A DNA stretch of 64,000 nucleotides, taken from a virus. Position 1 is the first letter of the stretch. Each line of letters opens with the position of its first letter. The stretch spans positions 7,823 to 71,822 of IMG/VR virus record IMGVR_UViG_3300045125_000101; one strand, given 5' to 3'. Below are positions 1-7,671 of the stretch, one piece after another. The position numbers and the translations under genes were made by a program. A model generated the notes under the pieces. The model had not been told where the DNA came from. It ran no database searches and saw only the letters and a list, made by a program, of their open reading frames with translations.

Positions 1-91
1 TGCTCAACGTGCCAGTTTCAACGCCGATGATAAAATCGATGTGATTCATACCTAGTAGAATGGATACTTTTTTAAAAAAGCAAGCAGAAAA

Positions 92-329
92 TCACTTATT
101 ACTCACCGTGGCGATTTCTTCGCTGCGGACAAAGTAGCACTTGAGGGTGTCGCTGTTCCAGCCCGTGAACACAAACGCCTTGCCGTCGTATCGCAGCACC
201 TTCTTGGTCAGCTTGGCCACGTCGTCCCAGCCATTCGGCACGTCGAGCGTCAGATACTCACAGGTTGACCTCGGGGCGGTTGGAATAGACGACGCTGATT
301 TCGTTGGGCGAGATGGTGGCGGTTTCCAT
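92..329 (-). CDS. hypothetical protein (one frameshift)
   Basis: METATISPNE...YLTLDVPNGWDDVAKLTKKVLRYDGKAFVFTGWNSD, read on the minus strand; GC-rich codon usage like neighbouring genes. Confidence 0.55.
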
Positions 330-334
330 ACTGC

Positions 335-529
335 TTACTCTGACAGGTTTTTATGAAAAGTCAAGCTGCTTGTAGGTCTTTTTACAAGTCGTTGAATAGC
401 AAAGAAATGTCTACGAAGTTCAGGATCAATCGGTGTGCCATGCATTTCTTCAGCATTCCATTCAAGAATCGCACTCAAAGCACATACTTGATGATGCGAA
501 AGTTCAAGCTTGTACTTTTTATTTTTCAT
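335..529 (-). CDS. hypothetical protein
   Basis: ORF 335..562; likely start at MKNKKYKL (529). Confidence 0.55.
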   Translation of the reverse strand: MKNKKYKLELSHHQVCALSAILEWNAEEMHGTPIDPELRRHFFAIQRLVKRPTSSLTFHKNLSE

Positions 530-535
530 TGAAAT

Positions 536-580
536 ATATTGTGCGTGAGTTGGTGTGCGCACCCCACCGTGTGAAACTTA
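536..580 (-). repeat. 45-bp post-stop repeat element, copy 1 (putative pseudoknot)
   Basis: Identical to 913-957; degenerate copy at 11507-11547. Confidence 0.9.
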
Positions 581-872
581 GTCTACTCCGGCGTCCTTGA
601 AGTAACGACCCGCACGGTCATAGATGACAGTCCAGTCGTACTCCACGCTTTGCGGCACAGAGACCGCTGAAATGTGGAAAGTTCTCCGCTCGACCGATGG
701 CGATATTGAGTGCCGTTTCGGCATTGAACGAGTCGCCACGGCTAGTGGCGCACAGGCTATAGCCAAGTCCGACAGTATTGTCCTCGCGCTTAGTGGCGAC
801 GACCACGCCGACCTTTTCACGCCGCCGATTGCGGACATACTGAAAGATAGTGTTGTTAGGAGGATTGCTCAT
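578..872 (-). CDS. hypothetical protein (frameshift near 720)
   Basis: MSNPPNNTIFQYVRN... joined to ...VEYDWTVIYDRAGRYFKDAGVD; own upstream promoter. Confidence 0.6.
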
Positions 873-912
873 AGTATTAATGATGATGTTGGTTTTTATA
901 GAAAAGTCAAGA

Positions 913-957
913 ATATTGTGCGTGAGTTGGTGTGCGCACCCCACCGTGTGAAACTTA
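913..957 (-). repeat. 45-bp post-stop repeat element, copy 2
   Basis: Identical to 536-580. Confidence 0.9.
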
Positions 958-1317
958 CCGAAGGTAAGCGGGACCGTGCTCCGTGAACTTGTCGAGCACA
1001 TTCGGATCCTTCTTCACGTTGCCACGCACGCCATTGGCCACAGGAGCCTTCCACGTACCCTTGAGCAGGTCGCCGCTGGCAATGTCATAGAAGCAATAGA
1101 CCGAGTCAGCTTCGAGCTTATTGGTGAGGCGGCTGACCTGAAACGTCGCCAGCTTGGCATAACGCTTGCCGATGCTTTCCACCATCACGATGGGAGCCTC
1201 GGCGTGCGTGAAGTTCATACGGGTCCAGTAGTCGCTGATCTTCTTGTTGACGCCACGGATGAAATCCGTCAGCGGAATGTCGTTCTTCAGAGCTTGGATG
1301 GCGGTTTCTTTATTCAT
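955..1317 (-). CDS. hypothetical protein
   Basis: Intact ORF MNKETAIQ...PAYLR. Confidence 0.7.
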   Translation of the reverse strand: MNKETAIQALKNDIPLTDFIRGVNKKISDYWTRMNFTHAEAPIVMVESIGKRYAKLATFQVSRLTNKLEADSVYCFYDIASGDLLKGTWKAPVANGVRGNVKKDPNVLDKFTEHGPAYLR

Positions 1318-1507
1318 CGTCAATAAACCTTGTACAGATTTTGTGGGTCAATTTTCGCTGAGTGGTGCCCTGAACAGGATGCTGGTCACAGCTCGAGTTG
1401 TCTGTCCATCACCACACAGAAAAGACGGCACGCCGAAAAATAGTTCCGCCCGCGTGTTTGTTTTACCGTTCATATAGGTGATTTCCATAAAAATGTCAAG
1501 TACAGAG

Positions 1508-1890
1508 TTACCAGTCAAACATAACTGCCTTGCCATTATACCAGCCAATATTTCCAGTATGCAAGTCAGGGAAGATGCCATACTTAAGATACTTGTTGAG
1601 TTTGCGTCTAAGAACTTCCAAAGCAAACCTCAAGTTCTTCTTTCTACAAGTGGCTGAATAACATACTCCTTGCTGAAGAAAATATGTAGGAACGCTGAAA
1701 CTGCATTGGCGTGCGATGTTCAAGAATGAACGCAGGACGCTTGATGACAACGCCAAGTTTCTTGTTGTAGAAACCGTTGACCTTGCGGCTTTGCAGGCTA
1801 TGGGCTTCCACCCCTTGACCATGCTGCCCTTTCAGCAGCAGGTCAAGAACATCCTCGTAATACCAGCGGACACTGGCGTTCAGTTTTTCA
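1508..1890 (-). CDS. small kinase/phosphotransferase-fold protein (frameshifted)
   Basis: VVIKR (VAIK-like), DLHTGN catalytic loop and MFDW (DFG-like); pieces in ORFs 1644..1898 and 1508..1822. Confidence 0.5.
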
Positions 1891-1891
1891 T

Positions 1892-2197
1892 TTACCAATT
1901 GACCGTGGACGGAGCAGCCACTTCCAGAGTGGCCACAGGCGCATCCGCCACAGGCGTCTTGACCGTGGCATACACCAGTTCCTTGCGGCCTCGCCGACTC
2001 TTGGCAGGGTCACGCAGACCAGCCTGCACCACCTCGCCAGCCTCGATGGCCTTCTGAATTCGGCTGTAGATGGTGATGGGCTTGACCTTGTAGGACGTAG
2101 CCTTGCGCAGGTCACGCAAGGTGAAAGTGTCGGGGAAGGTCAGGTTGAAGCCATACTTGATGCGCTTGGCCTTGATGACGGTGCTGGTGTTGCTCAT
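1892..2197 (-). CDS. winged-helix-like DNA-binding protein
   Basis: FTLRDL...TIYSRIQKAIEAGEV...SRRGRKELVY, a wHTH-like pattern with a basic wing. Confidence 0.55.
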   Translation of the reverse strand: MSNTSTVIKAKRIKYGFNLTFPDTFTLRDLRKATSYKVKPITIYSRIQKAIEAGEVVQAGLRDPAKSRRGRKELVYATVKTPVADAPVATLEVAAPSTVNW

Positions 2198-2242
2198 ATG
2201 TTGTGTATGTTGGTTGAAGAAAATAAAAAGTCAAGTCCAGAC

Positions 2243-2434
2243 TTATCGGACCGACTGCTTGGCCTCAAAGGCAACCGCCGCCTCGTTGGCCTTGCGGATG
2301 ATTTCGTTGATGTACTTGGCGCGACCCTCGTAGTCATTCTTCTTGAAGTTCAAGAACGTGTGGTCATCGCCGAGGTTGCGAAGCTCAGAGGCGAGATAAC
2401 CAGCGAGGTAAGGATAGTTAGTGGTGTTGCTCAT
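2243..2434 (-). CDS. hypothetical protein
   Basis: ORF with own promoter and CACGATG start. Confidence 0.7.
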   Translation of the reverse strand: MSNTTNYPYLAGYLASELRNLGDDHTFLNFKKNDYEGRAKYINEIIRKANEAAVAFEAKQSVR

Positions 2435-2473
2435 CGTGCTGTTACTATGATTGATTTTTATAGAAAGTCAAGG

Positions 2474-2818
2474 TCAAACCGCCACCGCCGACTTGGCGGT
2501 GACGATGGCGTCCAGCTTGGCGGCGTCACTCATCTTGATGACCTGACCCGCGTACTTGGGCATCTTCTTGAACACGAAGCTCATCTGCTTGTCACTCAGG
2601 CGACCATACTTGAGTTGAGCCTGAGCCAACGAGGACAGGAACTGGGCATCCACGCCCGTGAAGCCGATGCCGTTGTCGTGGCTGGTGGTCTGGCTGACCT
2701 GCTCGTCCGCCGTCTGGTTCTCCTGATAGATGCGGACCAGCGCCTTCACCGCCCACACAGGATCGGTGGCGAGCTTGGTCTTGACGAAGCTGAGGGTGTC
2801 TTTCTTGGTGGCGTTCAT
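2474..2818 (-). CDS. hypothetical phage protein
   Basis: ORF with own promoter; start MNATKK. Confidence 0.7.
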   Translation of the reverse strand: MNATKKDTLSFVKTKLATDPVWAVKALVRIYQENQTADEQVSQTTSHDNGIGFTGVDAQFLSSLAQAQLKYGRLSDKQMSFVFKKMPKYAGQVIKMSDAAKLDAIVTAKSAVAV

Positions 2819-2862
2819 CGTGAGCATACTATGGCACACGATTTATAAAAAATCAAGAACTA

Positions 2863-3498
2863 TCAGCCATAGCTGTCTAACTTCTTGATAATCACTTCAT
2901 TGCGATTTTTTGAACCTTTCCAATCCTTTTCAGAACACTTGCTTGGAAAAGCACAGACATCATAAATTGAACAGCCTTTGCAAAGCTCTGATAAATAACG
3001 ATTTGGATAAATGCAGGTTGTCTTGCTTACTTCTGCTAGGTTGAATTCACCAGCGCCGCCGCCGAAATAATCGGGGTTGCCAGACCAAGGATACACTACC
3101 CGTGAAGGGTCAAGGCTGGTCTCGTCGGCTGCTGACCCTGACGCTGGCATCGCCGCTGATGCCCTTTCCTTTGGCTTACGCCCACGTTTCTTCTTGGGGG
3201 TATGGGTGGCCTTGCCTTTGACCTCAAGCCTCGGCAAATCGCCTCCATTGGCTTCTACCAGCGACCTTACGTCCTCTGCCGTGAAGCCGTTTTGTAGGTA
3301 CTTCTTGGCTTGTTGCGTAACATATTCTGCCACAAGCTTTTCTTCGCTGCCATATTTCTTTACTACGTCAGCAAACCTGGCCTTGTCTGCAAATGTCTCA
3401 TTACCAGTAAGGTTACAACGCCAATAGAAATAGTTTCCATTTGCGCTGGTTTCAATGCCAGACGGTAGTTTCTTGCGTGGTTGTGCTTTACGAGGCAT
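2863..3498 (-). CDS. hypothetical protein with Cys-rich C-terminus
   Basis: Intact 211-aa ORF; CxYP...CxGCxxxxxCxxxxxC. Confidence 0.75.
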   Translation of the reverse strand: MPRKAQPRKKLPSGIETSANGNYFYWRCNLTGNETFADKARFADVVKKYGSEEKLVAEYVTQQAKKYLQNGFTAEDVRSLVEANGGDLPRLEVKGKATHTPKKKRGRKPKERASAAMPASGSAADETSLDPSRVVYPWSGNPDYFGGGAGEFNLAEVSKTTCIYPNRYLSELCKGCSIYDVCAFPSKCSEKDWKGSKNRNEVIIKKLDSYG

Positions 3499-3535
3499 AA
3501 GCCAAATAAACCATACTATGACCTAAAGGTCAAGA

Positions 3536-4150
3536 TTAAACTTCAAACTCAGACCAATGCTTTTTTGACAAAGTATGACAAGCCCACTTACCGTGATAAT
3601 CATTTGGGCCAACATTTTCCATCATAACGGTTTCTGGCAAGAAACTAAATGGACGATTGCCTACTTTGCTGAAAAACTGTGCTTCGCGACCAAACTCACG
3701 CTTATTAAACTTTTCTACCTTTCCATAGCCTGGATAGCCAGAAATGCAATGATTTGTGCCGTGAAGTTCTGCAAACTGACCACCTAACGGAATAAACAAA
3801 ATACTATCTTGTTCAAACTCTTCACCTAAACGCTTCATTACTGAAAGCAAGTTTCCTTTATTTTCAACATCAGCAATGAAAAAGTATTTTCATCCACTTC
3901 TCTTGCTTCAGGAGTGCCAAAGTTTTCAATGTATGCTCCCTTGATTGCAGTTACGCTGTACCTACCTAAGCTATGAATCTTAGACAGCAACGATGCATTG
4001 CGTTGCATATTTTGGCGATAGGTGTATTTTTTCTCCCTTGCCACAGTCGGGGGCATACCTAAAAGCAGACATAGTGCCACAATCGTGCTTTTCCATGTAT
4101 TGCCAAAGCCTTGACAGTCCAGATTCATTTAAGATTTGAGTAAGCTTCAT
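3536..4150 (-). CDS. conserved large-phage hypothetical protein (frameshifted)
   Basis: MKLTQILNESGLSRL...SAFR...GAYIEN...V-E..F...LGEEFEQDSILF; three ORF fragments join. Confidence 0.65.
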
Positions 4151-4231
4151 ATGCAATAAATAGTTGATGGGTTGTGCTTTATTTGGCCCAATGATGTAGG
4201 TTTTGTCAAAATCGCACCTACGTGTCAAAAA

Positions 4232-4480
4232 TCAAGCCTCCCGCAGGATTTCGGAGGCGTAGGCGTAGAGGGTATTTTGCAGCACCGTGCGCTGCGTGGC
4301 GGTCCACTCGTTGATATGGCGAGTGGTCGTGGTGCTATGACCAGCGGTCTTGTAGACGCCCCACTTGTCGCCGATGGGCAGGTCAAACGAGACGGCAACA
4401 GGGGTCTCGTAGCTGAAGAGCACGGTGCCCTTGCGGGTCACAAGCTCGTGGCAGTTGCTGTTGATTTGGCGGAGTTTCAT
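4232..4480 (-). CDS. hypothetical protein
   Basis: MKLRQINSN...LFSYETPVA; own promoter. Confidence 0.7.
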   Translation of the reverse strand: MKLRQINSNCHELVTRKGTVLFSYETPVAVSFDLPIGDKWGVYKTAGHSTTTTRHINEWTATQRTVLQNTLYAYASEILREA

Positions 4481-5003
4481 CGTGCGTAATAGACTGACAG
4501 CTAAAATAAAAAAAGTCAAGGAAGAATTGGTACTTCGCGAAACAAGTGAAACTCACAGGTTCACCTTCAGAATCAGTCATTATGATCTTATGCCTTCACG
4601 CTCAACTTCAAGGTTTTGATCTCTAGGACTTGAAAGCCATACTCGTCACGATGTTCTTCCCAAGATACAGACATTACTTCATTGGTAGGTTCATTACCAC
4701 ACATGCTATGCTGATATGAGGCAAACATATCCATTATGCTGGATAAGTCTGACAACATCGGCGGAATTGATGAGATCAAGAGCCTCTTGGAGTTTGATTT
4801 TCATTAGTAGTATGTTGGACCATAATCAAGAAAATCAAGGTTTATTTGGCGAAAGTGATGCTAAACAAGCCAGAGCGAACAATCTTCCAGCCCTTGCGCT
4901 GATAGCTTTCAGCAAGCTTGATGCCAGCAATAGTGTCAGTACGAATAGTGATGTGTTTCATACGATGCTTAGACTACCTAAGAAATAAAATAAGTCAAGA
5001 AAA

Positions 5004-5081
5004 TTGTTTGCAATGGCGCGAGCTTTCACGCGCTATTATGGCACAGGGCCATCCTCTCCTTGTCTTTGAGTTCATTGCGAA
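5004..5081 (-). ncRNA. cloverleaf tRNA-like RNA with non-canonical loops
   Basis: Stems GCAATG/CATTGC, CTC/GAG, ATGGC/GCCAT and GCGCG/CGCGC in tRNA order and spacing. Confidence 0.55.
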
Positions 5082-5089
5082 AAAGAACT

Positions 5090-5145
5090 GTTGGTCAAGC
5101 GATGGCATTGAACCATCTTTAATAGACTATTCTATCTCAACCAAC
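5090..5145 (-). ncRNA. 56-nt mini tRNA-like RNA (closing stem, one hairpin, T-arm)
   Basis: GTTGGTTGAG/CTTGACCAAC, ATAGA/TCTAT, GATGG-TTCAATG-CCATC. Confidence 0.5.
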
Positions 5146-5186
5146 AAGAATGAGTATGACTTTTTTATCTAAAAGTCAAGAAAGTA

Positions 5187-5263
5187 TTTGCTCATCCGAT
5201 TCGAACGGATTTTTGTGCAATGCACTATGACCAATCGCCTTGGTACCTCAAGGTTTGAGCAAA
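5187..5263 (-). ncRNA. 77-nt tRNA-like RNA without a recognisable anticodon arm
   Basis: TTTGCTC/GAGCAAA acceptor stem, CCTTG/CAAGG hairpin, perfect T-arm ATCCG-TTCGAAT-CGGAT. Confidence 0.6.
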
Positions 5264-5267
5264 AAAT

Positions 5268-5347
5268 TGGAGCGATGTGAGCCGAACACGCGGCCCGCTT
5301 CTGACGGGAATGTCAGTATGCTTATCGTACATCTACATCAACACCGC
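5268..5347 (-). tRNA. atypical tRNA-Gly(TCC)-like
   Basis: GCGGTGT/ACATCGC, discriminator U, CCA; anticodon stem CTGAC/GTCAG with 6-nt loop ATTCCC; T-stem truncated. Confidence 0.55.
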
Positions 5348-5365
5348 ATAAAAAGAACAAAAATT

Positions 5366-5456
5366 GGTTCATCAAAGCGAGGGAGCCGATCCCTAATCAC
5401 GCTGACCTATGGTTAATTACTCCTTCGGTCACGAGTTCCGCACTAACTTTGATGAA
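5366..5456 (-). ncRNA. 91-nt RNA with a 10-bp terminal stem ending in CCA
   Basis: TTCATCAAAG/CTTTGATGAA+CCA; internal TGACC/GGTCA and AGGGA/TCCCT stems. Confidence 0.6.
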
Positions 5457-5494
5457 AAAGAGAATGACTATTTTTAATTAAAAGTCAAGAAAAT

Positions 5495-5568
5495 TGGTAC
5501 CACCACGGGGAATCGAACCCCGATTTTCGCCGTGAAAGGGCGCTTTCTAACCGTTAGAAGATGGCGGC
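5495..5568 (-). tRNA. tRNA-Glu(TTC)
   Basis: Full cloverleaf, loop CTTTCAC, TTCGATT T-loop, encoded CCA. Confidence 0.95.
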
Positions 5569-5579
5569 ATATCTGAAAA

Positions 5580-5654
5580 TGGAGCCGAGTATCGGACTTG
5601 AACCGATAACCTACTGTTTACAAAACAGTTGCACCGCCATTGTGCTAACTCGGC
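5580..5654 (-). tRNA. tRNA-Thr(TGT)
   Basis: Full cloverleaf, loop TTTGTAA, TTCAAGT T-loop, CCA. Confidence 0.95.
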
Positions 5655-5706
5655 ATCTTAAAAGAACAAGAAGTATGACTTAACTTAAAGAAGAGTCAAG
5701 AAAAAT

Positions 5707-5783
5707 TGGTGGGTCCGGTGGGGTACGATCCCACAGTATTTCGATTAAAAGTCGAAGGCTTTATCCGTTTAAGCTACAGACCC
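5707..5783 (-). tRNA. tRNA-Lys(TTT)
   Basis: Full cloverleaf, loop CTTTTAA, CCA; atypical T-loop ATCGTAC. Confidence 0.92.
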
Positions 5784-5826
5784 ATTAAAAAGAACAAGAA
5801 TAACTATGGACTAAAATTAAGAAATG

Positions 5827-6371
5827 TCAATACTTTTTTGAGTTTTGTGAACCTTTTGTAGTTTCCACCTTTTGGAGATAGACCGCATTTAATCAGAGCT
5901 TGTCTAATTGTTGGCTCGGATTTAATCGCATCAATAGCAGCGGCATCGTCCACTTTATTGCACGATTTTTATTTCTTCCTCTCCAAGTAGGAGTAATACT
6001 ATGGCAGTTCGGGCAAAGAGCAACTAAATTCTGTCGTGAATTATCTTGATGATTTCCGTTGATATGGTCAATCTCAAAAGTCAATAAAGTTCCAAACCAT
6101 TCACTAACTCCACATTTACCACATTTATTTTTTGGTCAAATATTATTTTTTCTCTACGAGCATCACCACCTAATTTTTCAAATGGAGTTTCAGTTAAATA
6201 CTTGACTCTGTTTTCTTCTTTATTTTGGTATCGTCTCGCCGTTCCCTCTGCTTGTTTTCTTCGATATTCATTCCAAGCAGTTGGGTCACTTTTAAGATTT
6301 TCAAGCCACTTTCTGGCGGCTTCTCTTTGCTTTTGTTTTGTTTCTTCTGTTTGTGGTCTTCCTGTTTTCAT
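5827..6371 (-). mobile_element. free-standing HNH homing endonuclease inside the tRNA cluster (frameshifted)
   Basis: EIDHINGNHQDNSRQNLVALCPNCHS HNH motif; NUMOD3-like N-terminus (QTEETKQKQRE). Confidence 0.85.
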
Positions 6372-6436
6372 ACTTGAACCTAGTTTTAAGTTTCAAGTAT
6401 AAATATAAACAATTTCAACAAAACATCAATATTTTT

Positions 6437-6622
6437 TCAAAACTGAATGCATTCTTGCCACTTGAAGTTTGGCATACCATCGCTGCCATAAACATACACA
6501 GCGTGACCATTAAGCAATGCTTCATTACGCATAGCTCTCTTGCCAAGCTCATATCCAATCACGACACAAAAGAACATATTTGCCAATATAACAAGAACGG
6601 TCAATAACTTGTCTGTTTTCAT
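6437..6622 (-). CDS. small membrane protein
   Basis: MKTDKLLTVLVILANMFFCVVIG hydrophobic segment. Confidence 0.6.
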   Translation of the reverse strand: MKTDKLLTVLVILANMFFCVVIGYELGKRAMRNEALLNGHAVYVYGSDGMPNFKWQECIQF

Positions 6623-6627
6623 AAAAA

Positions 6628-6703
6628 TGGTGGGCCGGAAGGGATTCGAACCCCTAACCAAAGGATTATGAGTCCTCTGCTCTGACCGTTGAGCTACCAG
6701 CCC
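6628..6703 (-). tRNA. tRNA-Ile2/Met(CAT)
   Basis: Full cloverleaf GGGCTGG...ACCA, loop CTCATAA; body resembles lysidine-type Ile2 tRNAs. Confidence 0.92.
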
Positions 6704-6861
6704 AATAAATTATTCGCCGTAGATGTATGACTTATAAACTTTATCGTCAAGTTCAAAAGTCATAATATCTGCGCCATTGAAGCCTTCTTCAATGTCAAGA
6801 AACTTAACCTTCTTGACGCTGATCTTGATGCCGTCAACAAGAACAAATCCAGTACGTTTCT

Positions 6862-7053
6862 TCACTTTGCTGGCCTCCACATAAAAATCTCATTCTTGTC
6901 AAATGACTTGCCAGCAAGCCAGTTTTCAAAACTGACTACACTATCCTCATCAATGCCCTTGAGATACTCTTTGAGAGTGTTCTCAGATAGAATCTGCTCA
7001 GAGTTGAGTTCAAGATTCTTGGGCACAATCGTGATGGTCTGATACGTCTTCAT
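6862..7053 (-). CDS. hypothetical protein
   Basis: MKTYQTIT...; own promoter. Confidence 0.6.
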   Translation of the reverse strand: MKTYQTITIVPKNLELNSEQILSENTLKEYLKGIDEDSVVSFENWLAGKSFDKNEIFMWRPAK

Positions 7054-7085
7054 TGTGCAATCAGTATGATGATGGAATAAAAAAG

Positions 7086-7283
7086 TCAAATAATATCGTC
7101 AATATCTGAGCCACGGCACTTTAGTTCAAACATAGCATCGTCAGCTTGATTGAAAATGCTGTTGATGCGATTAACAACATCGCTGGGAGAAATATATCTG
7201 TCAATGTTGTCCAACTCAACAAGATACTCTTGAATGCGAGCCTTGATGTCCAAAGCTTGCTTGATTTCTTCGTAGGTCTTCAT
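7086..7283 (-). CDS. hypothetical protein
   Basis: MKTYEEIKQ...; abuts the upstream gene. Confidence 0.6.
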   Translation of the reverse strand: MKTYEEIKQALDIKARIQEYLVELDNIDRYISPSDVVNRINSIFNQADDAMFELKCRGSDIDDII

Positions 7284-7284
7284 T

Positions 7285-7482
7285 TTAGTTGACGCAAACG
7301 GCGTTGACCTTGAAGTCATTACCGTCGTTTTCAAATGTCTTGCCATCGAAATAGCCATAGCAAGGCTCATACTTGACTTTGGAAAATCTATTGCCCTCAT
7401 CATCAGCGGCATAAATCATTTCCGCGTTGGGATACTTCTTCTGGATTTCCTGCAACTGGGCGATATAGTTACTGAGTTTCAT
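7285..7482 (-). CDS. hypothetical protein
   Basis: MKLSNYIAQLQ...YAADDEGN; own promoter. Confidence 0.7.
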   Translation of the reverse strand: MKLSNYIAQLQEIQKKYPNAEMIYAADDEGNRFSKVKYEPCYGYFDGKTFENDGNDFKVNAVCVN

Positions 7483-7546
7483 GGTGTATGAGTATGCTTA
7501 GATTCTATAGAAAGTCAAGCTGAAAGTGGCTTTTTTTCAATAAAAG

Positions 7547-7625
7547 TGGCGCTCTTGGCGGGACTCGAACCCACATTAATCCAGTTATGCGCGTTCTGTT
7601 TAGAAGACAGAGCCAATACAAGAGC
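7547..7625 (-). tRNA. D-armless tRNA-Arg(TCT) with long variable region
   Basis: GCTCTTG/CAAGAGC+G+CCA; TCTGT-CTTCTAA-ACAGA; GTGGG-TTCGAGT-CCCGC; only 7 nt between acceptor and anticodon stems. Confidence 0.75.
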
Positions 7626-7671
7626 GTGATGTTGAAAATAAGTATGCTGGATACTTAGATAAAGTCAAGCA

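Noticed and set aside
7547-7625. tRNA-Leu(TAG) or suppressor reading from the ttagaag seen on the + strand
   Set aside because: The T-arm and CCA place the gene on the minus strand, where the loop is CTTCTAA (Arg TCT)
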